The position numbers and the translations under genes are program-made. This document shows positions 29,035 to 39,645 of a DNA stretch of 64,000 nt, one piece after another. The DNA is taken from contig CAXXMR010000011.1 in assembly GCA_963663805.2 (NCBI GenBank), positions 64,001 to 128,000 of the forward strand. The letters run 5' to 3'. Positions within the stretch are counted from its first letter, which is position 1, and each line of letters opens with the position of its first letter. The stretch is from Sedimentisphaerales bacterium. Its GTDB lineage: Bacteria > Planctomycetota > Phycisphaerae > Sedimentisphaerales > SM23-30. Below the pieces are notes generated by a model, which saw only the letters and a list, made by a program, of their open reading frames with translations, searched no databases and had not been told where the DNA came from.

Positions 29035-29314
29035 ATGGCAAAAATTGGAACAGTCGAAATTGTTGGTCCTGCAGGTCGGGTAGTTGTTAACGAATCCGAT
29101 TTGAAGGAATGGCAGGACAAAGGCTATAAGCTCTTGGACGACAAAGGCGACGAAGCTGAGGAAGGCATAGAGCTTTCTGATATGACCGTTGCGCAGCTTA
29201 AACAGTTTGCCAAGGACAACGAGATTGGACCTGGGCGATGTAACCTTAAAGGCTGACATTCTCGCTGTAATCGAATCGGCCTTGGAAGACGAAGGCGACG
29301 AAACTGAGGAGTAA
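29035..29314 (+). CDS. Small acidic protein with Rho-N/HeH-like motif (frameshifted)
   Basis: LSDMTVAQLKQFAKDNEIDL..K.DIL..I after removing single insertions. Confidence 0.55.
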
Positions 29315-29319
29315 AGCTG

Positions 29320-29836
29320 ATGGCTTTAATCGTGGAAACTGGGTACTGGGCTGTCGAACGCAAATAGTTATCTCTCCGTAGAGGGTGCAGACACTTATCA
29401 CGCTGACCCACAGCGGGGTCTACCGACTGGTCGGGTGCAATTCAGGCAAATAAAGAGAGGGCCTTGCGTTTGGCAACTCAGTTACCTTGATGTGAGATAC
29501 GGTGAACGTTTTGAGGGTTATAAGGGTAGCAGTACTCAGGCTCTTTACTGGCCCCGTAATGGGGTCTATTGTGACGGTTACTATTGCCTGCCCGACGAAA
29601 TACCCCAAAGGCTTAAAAACGCCTGTGCAGAGCTTGCCTTGCGTGTTGTTCAGGGTGATACGCTATTAGGTGATATTGATGAACCCGGCTCTGTCAAGTC
29701 TGAGAGCGTGAAGGTCGGCCCCATCACCGAATCCAAGGAATATATGGGCGGTAAATCCCAGGCTAAGAAATACCCGATTGTCGAATCACTTTTGAAGGTT
29801 TTGGTTCGGTCGGCGGATATAGTGGAGCGTGGCTAA
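29320..29836 (+). CDS. Head-tail adaptor (DnaT-like annotated family), frameshifted
   Basis: MALIVETGTGLSNANSYLSV..AD.Y, QALYWPR, IPQRLKNACAELA, SVKVGPI. Confidence 0.75.
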
Positions 29837-29837
29837 A

Positions 29838-31856
29838 ATGACACTTGGTATTCATCACAATTCCTTGGCGGGCTACGAATCGGCTGAGCATATCAACTGG
29901 ACGGCGGCGACTGAAGATTTAAGCACAACCGGCACGGGCACCTTTGGCAACGCTCTGCATATCTCAGGTGAGTACGCCGAATTGTACATGGCCAGTACCA
30001 ATCAAGGCGAATACACCGGTGCCGCCCGGCTAATGTTTATGTCGGAGGGAATGTCTGGGCAACCCGCCGATACCAAAGGTTTCGCTATAAATAACCAGAA
30101 TGGCAGTTCTGGCCGCCAAGAAAATAAAATAACGATTCAGAGTCGTAATGATGACGGCAGTTATAAGAATGTCCTGTTTGAAGCATTTCAGGATTCAATG
30201 GAATTTTACTTGTATGGGTCAGACGAACATAAAAGGTAATCTACTCCCATATACAGATAATGCCTATGATTTAGGCAGTGCCTCCAAAGAATGGCGAAAC
30301 TTATATGTCGATGGCAGCGCGTATCTGGATGTTGCATATGCAGATAATCTGTCTGCTACATCATTCTGTTTTAGGCTCATATTATGATGAATATTCTGAT
30401 AATTTTGTCAATTTAATCCGTTCTTCGTACGATGAATTGTACTTCGGCAACGAGTACGCCGAAATAAATCCAACGGTGTACGACTATGCCAGCTGGAGCC
30501 ATCTCAATACACATGTTTTTGCGGCTGATGCATATTTTCAAGTTAATGTAAGATTAAGAGATTACAGCTATCTGTATTTTGGAACTGGCAGCGATGCTAG
30601 AATCTATTACGACGGGACGAATCTAATAATCGACCCAAAATATACGGGCACTGGACGTTTATCGGTAGAAGGTCTATTGTGGTTGAAGGATGAGAATACT
30701 GAGTACAATGGTTATCATGTGGGGGTGCATAACGAATTTTCTACCAACCATCTGCAAATAGTGCTGGTCAACATACCGGCATGTCACTGGGTAACTATTT
30801 CAAGAGTGCGTACAATTTAACGGCAAATTATGGTTTTCGTGCCATCAACTTTTTTTGTGATTTCTACTCGAATACTGCCAGCGGTGATATTACGAGTGCT
30901 GTTAGTAGTCATGCGGTACTATTAGAGCAATCATCTAAGTATACTGGTACGATTACCGATTATTATAGTTATCTCGGACGCAGCGTAGCTACCGGTCAGA
31001 TTGACATTACCAACTTTCACGGTTATTACCATGGGGAGATCAACCGGCCCGGAGCAGACTATAATTATGGTCTGCAGTCTGGAGAATGTCACCGGTGGCA
31101 CGAACAATTACGCGATTAAAAACCGGCACCGGCGATATAAATCTGGGCGGTGGGATTGTGGCTTCGGGAACCGAGGCTATCGGCACTTATCCAACTGGGG
31201 CGGGGACACGGCTGATGTGGATACCGGATAAGGCGGCATTTCGGGCGGGGGGTGGTTACGGGATACGATGTGGGATTATGCCAATGTTGGCATATATAGT
31301 GTTGCTTTCGGTCATAACGCCAAGAGTTCCGGCTATGCGGCCATAACTGCCGGTTATGACTGTGAAGCCTCTGGTGATGATTCCATCGCCTTAGGTTATA
31401 AATGCAAGGCAAACAGGTTTGGGGGCTTTAGCGGTTGGCTGGGAATGTCATAGCTATGGTGATTTTAGTATGGCTCTGGGGAAGTTTATGAAATTGGATA
31501 CTACGGCTGATTACAGTCTAGTTTTTGGTTACAACGATAGCAGTTATATCACTTATACGCAGGCCAGAACGGTTTATCTTTATAACGTTGACCTCTGGCT
31601 GGACGGTGATAAAACAATCTCGCTGGGGGCTTCTCAGGACGCTGAAATCGGTTTCGATGGTGATTATTTATTTTTGGACCCAAAATCGTCCAGCGGCTTG
31701 AAAGTAGGGACCGCTGCGACTGATTTGGTGGGATTTTACGGAGTGGCGCCGGTTGACCAACCGGCGACGGTTTCTGACCCGACTGATTTGGCTACGTGTA
31801 TAACGTCGGTGTCGGCTCTTATAGACAGATTACAGGAATTAGGACTAATAGCTTAA
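29838..31856 (+). CDS. Fibre/adhesin protein with YadA-head-like repeats (frameshifted)
   Basis: HNSL..EHINWT; LLPYTDNAYDLGS..WRNLY; GAGTRLMWIPDKAAFRAG then SVAFG..A.G..SIALG repeats; C-terminal ALIDRLQELGLIA. Confidence 0.65.
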
Positions 31857-31869
31857 CAGGAGTTATTTT

Positions 31870-32227
31870 ATGGGCTTGAACAAAAAGTTTTATCGAAAGA
31901 CGGGGCAAACTTACAATTATCAACAAAATCGGCAGTATCGAAATTGATGAGGTTGATAGTCGGGCAATTGCCACGATGTACAATTACGCCTCGAAAGATT
32001 ATCGCGACAGCGAACCGGGCGGCTATCGCTCTCGTGAAGTTCGTAAGTTCCCGCTGAGAGGCACATTGGCGGGGTATAAGACCATGACGGTCAATGAGAT
32101 TAAGGCGGCGTTATATGCACTCTTTAAGGCGTCCCAAATGCGTGTGCCGCCGATGCTGAACCCGGAAACGGCTCAGCCGGTGGAGATGAATTTCTATGCT
32201 GATGCTACGGATGTTTTGGAATCATAA
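31870..32227 (+). CDS. Putative fibre-associated protein (one frameshift)
   Basis: AGGAG SD; MGLNKKFYRKTGQTYNYHKI joins the 31976 ORF on removing one base. Confidence 0.5.
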
Positions 32228-32242
32228 GAACAGGAGTAAACG

Positions 32243-32419
32243 ATGAAAATCATGATGGATGAAGAAGCCCAGCGGGCTTTTGCGATGGTCGCAGACGCAG
32301 CCTTGAAAGCTGGCGGTATGCAGATGTTACAACCGGTCAACGCATTGATGGCGGCGGCCAGGGCAGCAGCTACCGAAACTATTAGTAAACCTGAAAAGGA
32401 TAAAGCTGATGGCGAATGA
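32243..32419 (+). CDS. Small helical protein, possible fibre chaperone (58 aa)
   Basis: AGGAG SD; MKIMMDEEAQRAFAMVADAALKAGGMQML. Confidence 0.55.
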   Translation: MKIMMDEEAQRAFAMVADAALKAGGMQMLQPVNALMAAARAAATETISKPEKDKADGE

Positions 32420-33035
32420 GCTAATTCTTACTTACGCCAAAACCGGGGCAACCGTTACGGCCAAGGCATTCTATAATAATGCCGGAACCATGACCCAGCG
32501 GACCGGCATAGCGTCGCTAACCGAAGATGTTGCGGGTATCTACGGTGGCGATGCAGCGGATATTACGGGCCTGACGGCTGGTGATACGGTGGTTTATTAC
32601 GATGGCTCTGTCATTGTCGGTTCGGAAACTTACGGATTGGTATCACAAATACAAAGCGGGTTGGCGTTAAGTACAGAAATAGCGGCTTTGCAATCTCATG
32701 GCGATTCAACCTGGCCCACTGCTACGGGCTTTGCCGTACCGGGCAGTCAAATGGCTTTAACCACCGCTACTATAACCAGCGTTAAAGATGGCCTGTCAAC
32801 ACACTCGGCCTCTGATGCCGCTACAGCGGTCTTGAATTCTACTGGCATTACGGCGGGTGGTACCTGGACCTTGCGGAAAATCCTGAAGGTTATGGCAGCC
32901 TGGGCGGTTGGCAAGTGGGAAAATGGCGATGATGCAGGCACTTATAAAATACGTGATGCCGAAAGTGTCGGCACTACAGTTATGATTGTAACCCCATCTT
33001 CAAGTAGTCCGCAGAAAGTGACGGCGGTATTGTGA
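32409..33035 (+). CDS. Putative virion structural protein
   Basis: T/G/A-rich; C-terminal TLRKILKVMAAWAVGK...TYKIRD. Confidence 0.6.
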   Translation: MANELILTYAKTGATVTAKAFYNNAGTMTQRTGIASLTEDVAGIYGGDAADITGLTAGDTVVYYDGSVIVGSETYGLVSQIQSGLALSTEIAALQSHGDSTWPTATGFAVPGSQMALTTATITSVKDGLSTHSASDAATAVLNSTGITAGGTWTLRKILKVMAAWAVGKWENGDDAGTYKIRDAESVGTTVMIVTPSSSSPQKVTAVL

Positions 33036-33397
33036 CAACAACCTTAGACACAAAGCTCATCTCCAAAGTCAAAACATTGGTCGAAAAGTATGGTACCAAC
33101 GCCGTCTTTACGGCTAACGCCGGTGATTATGACCCAACTACCGGCACGGTTGACTCTGATACTGCTACACACACGGCAAAAGTTACACCACCTCAGCAAT
33201 ACAAACAGCATTTGATTGATGGTGATGTGATTCGGATTGGTGATGCTCAGGTTTACTTGCCTGCTCAGGATTTAACTTTTACGCCGGCAATTGGCATTAT
33301 GGTAAGCGTTGCAGGGTCAAGCTGGCAGATAATGAATGTCAATCCCATTTATACCGGTGACAATGTGGCCCTTTATGAATTGCAGTTGCGGAAATAA
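33032..33397 (+). CDS. Head-closure / head-tail joining protein
   Basis: KYG..., YDPTTG, IDG..IRIGD, YELQLRK; synteny. Confidence 0.7.
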   Translation: MTTTLDTKLISKVKTLVEKYGTNAVFTANAGDYDPTTGTVDSDTATHTAKVTPPQQYKQHLIDGDVIRIGDAQVYLPAQDLTFTPAIGIMVSVAGSSWQIMNVNPIYTGDNVALYELQLRK

Positions 33398-33399
33398 AA

Positions 33400-33838
33400 A
33401 TGGATGTAAACAGTAAAAATTTCATTAAAGCAGTTTTTAAGCACGGGGCAAATATGCCTGTTGATGCAGTTATCAAAGTGCAAAAGAAACTTGCAATTCA
33501 GGCCTTGCGTCGCGTGATAATGAAAACCCCGGTCGATACCGGTCCGGGCTCGTGGCAACTGGCAACTGACGATTAACAAACTTCCTTCCGGGGAATTGGA
33601 TGTAGAAGTTGGAGATAAGCACGGTAAGCCGCTTGAGAAATTACCGCCCTTAAAAAACTATGGGCAAAAGTCTTTGGAAGCGGGCTTGAAAAACCTGAAA
33701 GATTTAGGAGCGTTCCAGATCGTTTATATCGCCAACAACGTCAATTATATTATCTATCTGGAGGATGGCACCAGTAAACAGGCCCCGGAAGGAATGGTAG
33801 CTATTACAATGCAGGAGCTTGCCGATGAATACAAATGA
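33400..33838 (+). CDS. HK97 gp10-like neck protein (one frameshift near 33546)
   Basis: KTPVDTG.ARGNWQ and YIANNVNYIIYLEDGTSKQAPEGMV. Confidence 0.75.
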
Positions 33839-34220
33839 GATAGCTATTGCCATTCGTACCCGGTTCAAAACCTTGATTGCCGACATTTACAGTTTGCCAA
33901 CCCAGTACGACAATCAGGATTTCCATCACCCGGCCAATTCCTTATGGGCCAGGGCTTCGGTCAGATTTGCTGATAGTAAAACTGTATCGCTCAAAAGAGG
34001 CCGCAAGCGGGGCATTCTGTTTGTGCAGCTTTTTTATCCCTATGGCCAGGGCGATGCTGCACCTTTAGCAATGGCTGATAATATCGAAAACAAATTCCAC
34101 GGCGTTACCGCAGGTGGAATAGTTTATAGAACACCCACCTCAAGACCTGTTGGAAGGTCAGAGAAATGGTGGCAAGTTAATGTTGAATGTCCGTTTTATT
34201 GTGACAACGTAACTTCGTAA
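33825..34220 (+). CDS. Tail terminator-like protein
   Basis: YDNQDF..P...W.R, GILFVQLFYP.G.G, WWQVNVECPF; synteny. Confidence 0.7.
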   Translation: MNTNEIAIAIRTRFKTLIADIYSLPTQYDNQDFHHPANSLWARASVRFADSKTVSLKRGRKRGILFVQLFYPYGQGDAAPLAMADNIENKFHGVTAGGIVYRTPTSRPVGRSEKWWQVNVECPFYCDNVTS

Positions 34221-34244
34221 CTTCATAAAATAGGAGACAAAATA

Positions 34245-35393
34245 ATGTCAGATTCAGATCGTGTACAATTAGCGTTTATCGAAGAAACCACGTTTGGTGA
34301 AGCCAAGACCGGTTCTAACCTGCAAAAGCTCAGATGTACCGGCGAAAGTTTGGCCCAGACATCCAACACTCAAAAGAGTGCGGAGTTGCGGCCCGACCGT
34401 CAAATCACCAATATCATTCGTACCAGCAAGCAAGCCGGGGGTGATATTCCTTTTGAGCTTAGCTATGGTACTTATGATGACTTTCTTCAGGCAGCCTTAC
34501 AGAGCGGCGACTGGTCTGCTGCTGTGACTGTAACAGCTTCCACCATTGCGGCGGTGGAGTCAGGCAATACCATTACCGATTCTGGCAATGGATTTGGTAG
34601 TTTGGTTGCCAACCAGTGGGTTTATATCGACGGATTTGATACTGCCGCAAACAACGGTTTTTTTAAGATTGTAACGGCAGCAGCGGGCCAAATTACAGTA
34701 AGCGGCGGCACGTTGGTTGACGAATCGGCTGGTGAGAGTGTAACCATTACAATGGGTGGTCAGATTGTCAATTCAACCACCCTAAAAACCTTCAATGTTG
34801 AACGGCAATATACCGACCTTTCTGAAGAATTCAGTTTGTTTATCGGTGTAGCGATTGACACCTTCAACCTGTCTGTTCCCGCTGAAGGTATTGTTACCGG
34901 CAATTTTGGGATTTTGGGTCTCGAAGAAGAGAGCAAATCTGCATCAGCCGGTAGCGGTTACGACGCTGTAACTACGACAAACGCTATTGATACCTCAGAC
35001 GATGCCGCCAAGCTACTCGAAAGCAATGTCAGCTGTGACATGATAGAGTTTTCGCTATCGGTTTCCAATCAGTTGAGGCGTAGGCCACAAGTCGGACCCC
35101 AGAAAACGCCCGGAAGTGGACGAATTAACACAACCGGCACCATGAAAGCCTATTATGAAAATAAAACACTATATGACAAAGCCTTGAATATGACAGCATC
35201 ATCGGTGGCCCTGTGTGTCCAGGACGACGCAGGCAACGGTTATGTTATCGAAATGCCGCAACTGAAGTTCACGGATGGCAAACGCATTTCTGGTTCTGCC
35301 GAAACTGATGTCATTGCGGACATGTCCTGGGAAGCCTACATGGATCCCACTGAAGGTATTACGATTCGTATCGCACGGTTCCCGGTTGCGTAA
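34245..35393 (+). CDS. Major tail tube protein
   Basis: EETTFG, LRCTGESL, SAELRPDRQ, GGDIPFELSYG; position before the chaperones. Confidence 0.85.
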   Translation: MSDSDRVQLAFIEETTFGEAKTGSNLQKLRCTGESLAQTSNTQKSAELRPDRQITNIIRTSKQAGGDIPFELSYGTYDDFLQAALQSGDWSAAVTVTASTIAAVESGNTITDSGNGFGSLVANQWVYIDGFDTAANNGFFKIVTAAAGQITVSGGTLVDESAGESVTITMGGQIVNSTTLKTFNVERQYTDLSEEFSLFIGVAIDTFNLSVPAEGIVTGNFGILGLEEESKSASAGSGYDAVTTTNAIDTSDDAAKLLESNVSCDMIEFSLSVSNQLRRRPQVGPQKTPGSGRINTTGTMKAYYENKTLYDKALNMTASSVALCVQDDAGNGYVIEMPQLKFTDGKRISGSAETDVIADMSWEAYMDPTEGITIRIARFPVA

Positions 35394-35441
35394 ACCCGGG
35401 ATTTATTAACTTCATACATTTTTTTACAGGAGCAAATTATT

Positions 35442-35843
35442 ATGGCGTTTGAAATTAACAATCTGAAAACCAATAAGGATATGGAAACCGAAGGCGTCTG
35501 GATTGATGAGGAAGGCGGCTTGCGGCTCAAGATCGCCCGGCTCAACAACCCCAACTATAAGCGGGCTATCGCTCGTGGAAGCAAGCCATATCGCAAGCAG
35601 ATAGCCAACGGTGCTATTGATAAGATTGGCGACAAAATGGAAGAAGTTGTCCGCAAGGCTTACGCCAAACATATTCTTTTGGACTGGAAAAATCTGGTTG
35701 AAGATGGCATTGAGCTTGAATACAGCGAGGCTGAGGCTTACCGCCTGTTGGGTATTCAGGAATTCTTCGAGATTGTCGAGTCTCACGCTCAGGATGCTGA
35801 ATTGTATCGTGACGCTGAGCGTGAGGAATCTGAGGGAAACTAA
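35442..35843 (+). CDS. Tail assembly chaperone (gpG-like)
   Basis: EGVWI, KIARLNNPNY, ILLDWKN; ends at a slippery heptamer. Confidence 0.85.
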   Translation: MAFEINNLKTNKDMETEGVWIDEEGGLRLKIARLNNPNYKRAIARGSKPYRKQIANGAIDKIGDKMEEVVRKAYAKHILLDWKNLVEDGIELEYSEAEAYRLLGIQEFFEIVESHAQDAELYRDAEREESEGN

Positions 35844-36190
35844 TCGAATGCCTCAGGTTTGAACTAATCTGGGGCAAAACTTTGTGGCTCCTGGAAAAGC
35901 GTGCAGCGGAGGGCAAGTCAAGCCCGGCACTTGACAACCGTCCTTCGCTGTATGCTGACCTTGAGGAAGTATGGCAGGCATTTAGTGAACTTAATCGAAC
36001 GCGACAATCAGGATTCGGCCCAGCGGCAATTACCATTGAAAGCATTGTCCAATGGCTGGATTTACACGGTATCGACGACCAGTCAAGCCGGTTGGAATAT
36101 TACGAACTGATAATCGCTATGGACTGCGAATATCTCAAATGGGCTAAAGAACAGAGTGAAAAAGATAGGCCACGGAAGGCAACGAAATGA
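35834..36190 (+). CDS. gpT-like extension reached by programmed -1 frameshift
   Basis: G GGA AAC at 35834-35840; the -1 frame is open into WQAFSELNRTRQSGFGP..I. Confidence 0.8.
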   Translation, partial: GKLIECLRFELIWGKTLWLLEKRAAEGKSSPALDNRPSLYADLEEVWQAFSELNRTRQSGFGPAAITIESIVQWLDLHGIDDQSSRLEYYELIIAMDCEYLKWAKEQSEKDRPRKATK

Positions 36191-39183
36191 GCAATAAAGC
36201 AGAAACCTTATTTTTGGCTATTGATGCCCGCAGAGCTCAGGCCGGGGCCCGTCAGTTTGAGCAGGCCGCTCGTGGCGTCGGCGGGGCTGCATCATCTGCC
36301 CAACGCCTTATCATGGGGTTGGCTGGCAGTATTAGTGCGGCATTTGCCGTTCGACAGATTTATCGTGATATTGCCCAGTTTGAGACTGGGTTGGTTGGCG
36401 TTGGTAAAACCACCAATATGCTCGGTAGAGAGCTTGACGCTCTGGGCCAGTCCGTTATCAACCTTTCCACGGTTATTCCCGTCTCAACTTCGGAATTACT
36501 GGAAATCGGTCAGGCTGCGGGCCAGTTAGGTGTAACTGGTGCGGATAATATCCTCAAATTTACTGATACGGTTGCCAAACTGGGAACTGCTTCGGATTTG
36601 GCAGGTGAGGAAGCGGCAACGGTTTTGGCTCGAATGCTTAACGTTACCGGTGAGGCGGTCGGCACGGTTGATACTCTAGCTTCGGTTATTGTTGCTCTGG
36701 GCAACACCTCAGCGGCCACCGAGAAAGAAATCGCCCATCATGCCACGATGGTAGCTCAAGCTACCGCCGTCTACAATACCAGTTCCGCTGAGGCATCGGC
36801 TTTGGGTGCGGCTCTGGCGGCATTGGGGATGCGTGCCGAGTTGGGCGGTTCTTCGGTCGGTCGGGCTTACCGGGCTATGGACGCCGCTATACGAGGTCAT
36901 GGCCAGGAACTCAAATTACTGGCAGAAATTACCGGGCAAACTGGTGATGAAATTACCGAAACCTTCAAGAATAATTCTACTGAAGCCTTCCAGTTATTCT
37001 TGAAGGGGTTGGACCGGGTGATTGACAGCGGTGGTGATGTCAACCGGGTTCTGGCTGCGTTTGGCTTACAGGGTGAGGAAATATTGAAGACCTTACCTAC
37101 TTTGGCCAAGAATTATGACCTGGTATCCAAGTCATTAAAGACAGCCAGAGGTGAACTTGAAAATACCACCGCCCTGGAGACTGAGGCTTCTCGGGCTTTT
37201 GGTACTTTGGAAAGCAAAGTAAAGATATTTGGAAATACGATAAGTGCCATAATCCTCAAATTAAGAAAATCAACAGGGCCGTTAGCTGAGTTTGTGGGTA
37301 ATGCCACAGAGGCCACAAAAATACTGTTTGGCTTAAAAGATGAGAGCAAGGAAACTTCTGATAGTGTTTTGATTATGACCAAAAGCATAAAGGCCGCTAC
37401 TGCTGCATTAGCAGTTTTTATGGCAGTTAGAGCGATTGGCCATATCTATACATTGATTGCCGCTGTAGGTGGATTAACAGGAGCTTTCAAGGCATTGGCC
37501 ATTACAATTTCAGCTAATCCCATAGGTTTAATCGCTGTTGGTATAACAGCTGCGGTAGCAGCCCTGATATATTTCAAGGATGAAGTAATAACTATTGGCG
37601 ACAAAACGATGAGTGTTGGGGATATTTGTGTTGCTACATGGGAATATATTCGTGAGGTTGCAGCATATACCTTCAAAAATATTGTAGAGTTTGGAGTTTG
37701 GTTTAAGGATTCAGTCATTGATGCCTGGAAACTTCTATCTAAAGCATGGCAAAAACTCACCAAGTTTTTGGGCATAGATTGGGAACAGGTAGTCAACTTT
37801 CTTTGGGACACAATAAAGACGTGGGGTAATGCAGTAGAAGGTATTTTTCGTGGATTAATTGGAACTATCAAAGTTCTATTTAATATCATGAAAGACACTG
37901 TGATGGCTTGGGCAGAATTTGATATAAATAGCCCTATTGATTCTCTTGGGAAAGTTAAAGACGCTCTTGCCGAGGCTATGGACCCGTCAAAGGCCGTAGA
38001 GAAAATTAAAGACGTTTGGGCGGATGCCATGTCACATGATTATATCGGCAATTCCATCAAGTTTGGCAAATTAGGTGCTCAGTCTGTTGTTGACGGCTGG
38101 AAAGAGTTTATGGGAGACCAGGGATACAAAGAATGGGAAAGGCTTTTTAATCCCAGCAAGGTTGTTACGGGCATTCTAGACCGGGCTTCATCCATGAAAC
38201 AAGAACGAGATGCAACGTTGGCCCAACAGGAATTTGAAAAAAACATTTTGGGCATGTGGGACAAAGCCAAAAATGCCGCACAAGGCTACTGGAATAAAGT
38301 TAAAGAGCTTATGGGTGGTGGCAGCAATTCTGCAACCAGTAGTTCAGTCAGTAACAATAATATTTACAATCCAGAGGCTGAAAAAATTATAGAACGACTC
38401 AACCAAGAATTGAAGCTGCTGGGCATGACTACCGATGCTCAGGGCCGGTATAGGTTAGAGCTTGAGTTAATCGAGGCTGGTTTAATTAAAGGCACGGCTG
38501 CTTATGACAAATATTACGGCCAGTTAGAAAAACTCTATGAGCAATTGGAGCAGTCGAAAGAGATTAAACAGTTTGCTGATAATATGGGGCAAGCCTTTGG
38601 TGATGCCTTTTTGGACATGGCCACTGGTGCAAAGTCTGCCTCCGACGCTATCAGAGATTTAACCCAATCTATTGCCCGTATGGTTTTGCAGGAAACAGTC
38701 GGGAATAAAATCAGCGGTTTGATTTCTAATGGCATACAAGGCCTTTTCAGTCCTTCTACCACCTCAACCAACAACGCATCCGCAACCAGTGGTATGGGCG
38801 ATTATTACTTCCCGCAAAATGGCCCTGTGGCCAATGCTCTGGGTAATATCTTCGACCGGGGCCAGGTGGTTCCCTTTGCGGATGGCGGCATATTCGACCA
38901 ACCCACCTATTTCCCCATGAGCGGACGCAGGACGGGTTTAATGGGTGAAGCCGGGCCGGAAGGCGTCCTCCCTCTTTCGAGGTCTTATGATGGCAAATTG
39001 GGCGTCCAGGCCCGCGTTCCGGATGTCAATATGCAAATCAACGTTGTCAACGAGAGTAGTCAGCCGGTAACCGCCGAGCAGGGCTCCATCGAGTTCGACG
39101 GTGAGAAGTTTGTCAAAACTATCATTCTGAAAGACCTGTCAGAAAATGGAAGCCTTCGTAAAGCATTTAAGGGGCTAAGATAA
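36187..39183 (+). CDS. Tape measure protein
   Basis: 998 aa Ala-rich helical; FETGLVGVGKT core; C-terminal FADGG...GLMGEAGPEGVLPL. Confidence 0.93.
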   Translation: MSNKAETLFLAIDARRAQAGARQFEQAARGVGGAASSAQRLIMGLAGSISAAFAVRQIYRDIAQFETGLVGVGKTTNMLGRELDALGQSVINLSTVIPVSTSELLEIGQAAGQLGVTGADNILKFTDTVAKLGTASDLAGEEAATVLARMLNVTGEAVGTVDTLASVIVALGNTSAATEKEIAHHATMVAQATAVYNTSSAEASALGAALAALGMRAELGGSSVGRAYRAMDAAIRGHGQELKLLAEITGQTGDEITETFKNNSTEAFQLFLKGLDRVIDSGGDVNRVLAAFGLQGEEILKTLPTLAKNYDLVSKSLKTARGELENTTALETEASRAFGTLESKVKIFGNTISAIILKLRKSTGPLAEFVGNATEATKILFGLKDESKETSDSVLIMTKSIKAATAALAVFMAVRAIGHIYTLIAAVGGLTGAFKALAITISANPIGLIAVGITAAVAALIYFKDEVITIGDKTMSVGDICVATWEYIREVAAYTFKNIVEFGVWFKDSVIDAWKLLSKAWQKLTKFLGIDWEQVVNFLWDTIKTWGNAVEGIFRGLIGTIKVLFNIMKDTVMAWAEFDINSPIDSLGKVKDALAEAMDPSKAVEKIKDVWADAMSHDYIGNSIKFGKLGAQSVVDGWKEFMGDQGYKEWERLFNPSKVVTGILDRASSMKQERDATLAQQEFEKNILGMWDKAKNAAQGYWNKVKELMGGGSNSATSSSVSNNNIYNPEAEKIIERLNQELKLLGMTTDAQGRYRLELELIEAGLIKGTAAYDKYYGQLEKLYEQLEQSKEIKQFADNMGQAFGDAFLDMATGAKSASDAIRDLTQSIARMVLQETVGNKISGLISNGIQGLFSPSTTSTNNASATSGMGDYYFPQNGPVANALGNIFDRGQVVPFADGGIFDQPTYFPMSGRRTGLMGEAGPEGVLPLSRSYDGKLGVQARVPDVNMQINVVNESSQPVTAEQGSIEFDGEKFVKTIILKDLSENGSLRKAFKGLR

Positions 39184-39645
39184 ATGGGCATAGCAAGTAA
39201 TAACATAATCGCATTGGTTACAGGTGGCGCACTGACAGATGACAATCAGCCAGTAATTGACGGCAATGTCTTCCCGACTCTGTCTTGCCAGCCGGATTCC
39301 AGCTTATTCACCGAAAAGCCCGCTTCTGACCCCACTATAAGGAGCCAGTCGGAAAGCGGCGCTGTGATTACACGGGCCAGATTCACCACCATTGCCAAGG
39401 TCTGGGATTTGCGATACCGCTTTATGCTAGCCAGCGACAAAACCACTTTGACGGCTTTTGAAAAAACTGTGAATTATGGTAGCGGTGAGTTCTGGTGGTT
39501 ACATCCGCTCGATAACCAATATTACAAAGTCAAGTTTGCCGAGTCTGTCAATTATCAAATAGAGCCGGATAATGGTTCAGCTTACCAGTGTTCTTTTAAG
39601 CTGGTAGAAGCATATCCAGAAAGCGTTACAGGAACAATATCATGA
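39184..39645 (+). CDS. Distal tail protein (lambda gpM-like position)
   Basis: TRARFT, FWWLHP; follows the tape measure gene. Confidence 0.65.
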   Translation: MGIASNNIIALVTGGALTDDNQPVIDGNVFPTLSCQPDSSLFTEKPASDPTIRSQSESGAVITRARFTTIAKVWDLRYRFMLASDKTTLTAFEKTVNYGSGEFWWLHPLDNQYYKVKFAESVNYQIEPDNGSAYQCSFKLVEAYPESVTGTIS

